A DNA stretch of 63,633 nt, counting the filler, from Octopus bimaculoides (lineage: Eukaryota): assembly GCF_001194135.2 (NCBI RefSeq). It is 5 parts of 5 records of this genome, joined end to end, with 100 filler letters (N's around TTAATTAATTAA, not from the genome) between each part and the next. Parts side by side here need not be neighbours in the genome. Positions count along the whole stretch, not along the records: positions 45,724 to 61,218 come from NC_068981.1; positions 61,319 to 63,633 come from NC_068982.1; 3 more parts are not named here. One strand, written 5' to 3'. Below the pieces are notes generated by a model. That model ran no database searches. It worked only from the letters and a program-made list of their open reading frames with translations, and was not told the DNA's origin. A program made the position numbers and the translations under genes. The stretch's first letter is position 1; each line of letters begins with the position of its first letter. Shown piece after piece: positions 60,246-63,633 of this stretch.

Positions 60246-61116
60246 AAATCCATGAATATTAAGGCAGATCTTAAGCAATATCGTATGAACATGGAAAAAT
60301 TGTTACCTAATGAACGTATAGAGTGCAGAAATATCTGTTGAGATGCATTAATAAAGCCTATAAATTTCTGTCCGCAAATTATTATTGTTATATTTGTAGC
60401 GATACCTATTTCCGTTGTGGCATCTTTTAGTCAACTAGCCTTTTATAGGCTCCATGTGTTAATCTTTAATGATCGGTCGTTTGACCTATCATGCGAGTTG
60501 GAAGCATTTGGTTGAGTCTTGTATCTTGATTGGTCGAATATTGCACGGGATATGGATCTCGGAATCAATCACGTTTTGCGTAATACTTTCTAAATAGGTA
60601 ACATGAACAGTCGCTGGGAGCATATGTTCGTCTAAATATTGGGTAAACAAAGCCTCTATGATGGAGAGGTGAGAGGATTCCAATAGGACGAGTCATGATA
60701 TTTTCCTGTTGCTATAACGAAGCACTTATAACCAACGACGACCAGAGTTAAATTACCCAAACGATGGGTGAACTGTACAACTACCAGAATCCGTGATGTG
60801 CTATTTGGTCAGCTGTATAATTTAGCAGAGGAATAATGGCTCGTTGTTATTTTAAAGTTTGTTGCTTGCTTTATTTCCACGAGTTAACATGCAACACATG
60901 TTATATAATGGTATCCAAGATTCCGCCGTAAACCAAAAGAGACTTTATAACCACTCCAACTAAATATTTATCCTAAGCTGAAAGGAGTTTCACATTGTAT
61001 AACCATATCATCGGATTACCCTGGAAGATGGAATTAATAGGTGGTAGACGACAACGCGAAGCATAGGAGTTTTAAGATCGCATTTTGAGGCTTTTGCTCA
61101 AACGAAACTAAACGGA

Positions 61117-61173
<57 letters not shown>

Positions 61174-61318
61174 GTCTGTCTGTGTGTCTGTATGTATGTA
61201 TGTACATATATATATATANNNNNNNNNNNNNNNNNNNNNNNNNNNNNNNNNNNNNNNNNNNNTTAATTAATTAANNNNNNNNNNNNNNNNNNNNNNNNNN
61301 NNNNNNNNNNNNNNNNNN

Positions 61319-61355
<37 letters not shown>

Positions 61356-62109
61356 TATACATGTACATGCATAAACATATATATACATATATACATATAC
61401 ATACATATATATATACATATATATATATATATATGTACATATGCATATGTATATGTATGTATGTATTTATGTATGCATATGTATGTATATATATATATGT
61501 GTGTGTGTGTGTGCGTGCGTGTGTGTGTGTATGTATGTATGTATATGGTTACATACATATGCACATTCACACATACAACCTATACACTGCCATTTGTCAT
61601 GATTCTCTATTGCATTTAACTGAACGGAGATATTTATAAATGGTTATGGTAACAGCTGCACGCCATAAGCTGCAGCTTTTACCATCCATGACTCAAACAC
61701 ACACATGAAATGGATCATGGAACTACCTGCTCATCTTCGACCAAAAGTTAGACAGCTTATTTTAAAGAGGTGAGATATCTGCTGTTAGTTGCCTCTTAAT
61801 CGCACAACATGCTAGATATAGCAGCCAAACGTATCGACTTTTATATAATAAGCATGACAACTTAGATAAAGTAATCCAGAAGTAGCCCACGTGAAGGCGA
61901 GTGGCCTAATAGTTAGGATATTACTCTCACGATAGCTAGATCATGGGTTCGATTTCCGGACCCGGTGGCCCGTTTTGTTCTTGAACCAAAACAGTTCATT
62001 TCATGTTGCTCTGCATGTGAAAGAGTAACGGAATCGTTGGCACGTCGGTAGAAATACTTTACGATATATTTTCCGGCTCACAACATTCCGAGTTCAAATT
62101 CCACCTGCT

Positions 62110-62345
62110 TAAAGAAGGCAACTGGAAACCACACCAGTATTCATCCGAAGTCTAGTCATGGTAGCCGAAGTTCCAGTAACCTACTTAACTGCGGCGGGGA
62201 AGGATGCAGATTCTCCCAGGTTGTATAGAGAGTGCTGGAGAAGGCTCACATGCACAGGATCTGCTCAAGGGCAGACCACCACTAGACAAGAGTCCGAGAT
62301 ACACAGATCAAGAAGGAAAAACAAGATCGTCATAGCTTAAACTCG
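62110..62345 (+). mobile_element. RTE/BovB-related terminal sequence
   Basis: aaggcaactggaaaccacaccagtattc recalls the RTE/BovB motif AAGGCAATGGCAAACCACTCCAGTATTC; follows a SINE head fragment. From memory only. Confidence 0.35.
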
Positions 62346-63018
62346 GGTCTGGTTTATGGACAAATAACGAATACAGCACGTTTTGATTTGTGTACATGAG
62401 TACTGAAGCAAGGTGTGACTATACATACATTTATGTAATATATTCTATTACTCATGAATATGTATAAAGTATATAAGTATATAGATAACAATCATAATAT
62501 ATGCCTGTATGGAGATATAATATATGTAGATAACATATATAATATATGTTTGTACTGACACAGTGCATCCGGAACTAATTTATTCAATGTGCGACCCCAT
62601 ACAGTTTTCTTCAAAATCATGGGGTATGATTTGAGAGAATTTTGGCTGATATTTCAAGTGGGTGTGTCTCCCATGTAGAGAATCGAGCTTGCGTTGCCAC
62701 ATGTGTGTGTATGTATGTCTATATGCATATGTCGCTAGATGCATCAGTGCGTAAATTTATGGATTTTGATTTTAAAAAATACTATGCAAACAATGCATAG
62801 TATATATAAAAGACATAATTTAAAAGAAGTTGTTAATTCAGGCATCGTTATAACATTCGAATAAACCAATACTCAAATATCTATTATATAACACATCTAT
62901 ATTTAAAATATATTCATACTGGGGGTGACTTGTTCGACTAAGCCCTTAAAGGCAGTGCCCCAGCATGGCCGCAGTCTAATGACTGAAACACGTAAATGAT
63001 AAAAGAGATATATATATA

Positions 63019-63078
<60 letters not shown>

Positions 63079-63577
63079 NNNNNNNNNNNNNNNNNNNNNN
63101 NNNNNNNNNNNNNNNNNNNNNNNNNNNNNNNNNNNNNNNNNNNNNNNNNNNNNNNNNNNNNNNNNNNNNNNNNNNNNNNNNNNNNNNNNNNNNNNNNNNN
63201 NNNNNNNNNNNNNNNNNNNNNNNNNNNNNNNNNNNNNNNNNNNNNNNNNNNNNNNNNNNNNNNNNNNNNNNNNNNNNNNNNNNNNNNNNNNNNNNNNNNN
63301 NNNNNNNNNNNNNNNNNNNNNNNNNNNNNNNNNNNNNNNNNNNNNNNAAAAAAAAAAAAAAAAAAAAAAAAAATGGCAGTTCCAAATTTCATCCAGTTTG
63401 AACAAGCTGATAGGAGAAACCTGAAGTTCCTGTTAACTTGTTCTTGGCAATAGATATCATTAATGAAGGATTAAGATTTGCCATATTTCTGAAAGTATAT
63501 GTAAAGAGAAAATATGCTGCTCTCTACCATTTCTAATACTACCATTTGACTTCTTTTATTTTTAATTTATATATATT

Positions 63578-63633
<56 letters not shown>

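Noticed and set aside
60489-61060. Possible Ty3/gypsy gag remnant on the minus strand (LPP...P..W)
   Set aside because: Similarity too weak to support by eye; needs a frameshift-aware HMM search.

Overview
AT-rich, microsatellite- and SINE-dense animal genomic DNA. The repeat families and gap style suggest a cephalopod (Octopus-like) draft assembly; this is inference, no database search was run. The only well-supported gene is the 3' half of a STIM (stromal interaction molecule, ER Ca2+ sensor and Orai activator) on the + strand. Four phase-consistent GT-AG exons (3277-3377, 7208-7353, 14626-14782, 16474-16858) encode the SOAR/CAD domain, an S/P-rich linker, PPxY and SxLP motifs and a polybasic tail. 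Its introns carry candidate alternative exons, a perfect 34-bp hairpin, a MITE and an internally deleted mariner. From about 21 kb on the window looks intergenic and CpG-richer. It holds at least five SINE-like families, DNA-transposon MITEs, mariner, R4/Dong-like, Tx1-like and Penelope-like remnants, and a LINE ORF1/endonuclease relic split by a SINE with a perfect 16-bp TSD. The most unusual element is a tRNA-headed repeat whose Penelope-like end carries a minimal hammerhead ribozyme motif, intact in an inverted copy at 26573-26618. Assembly artefacts include N-gaps with a TTAATTAATTAA linker and an Illumina adapter remnant. Most ORF-track entries are microsatellite or N-run noise.
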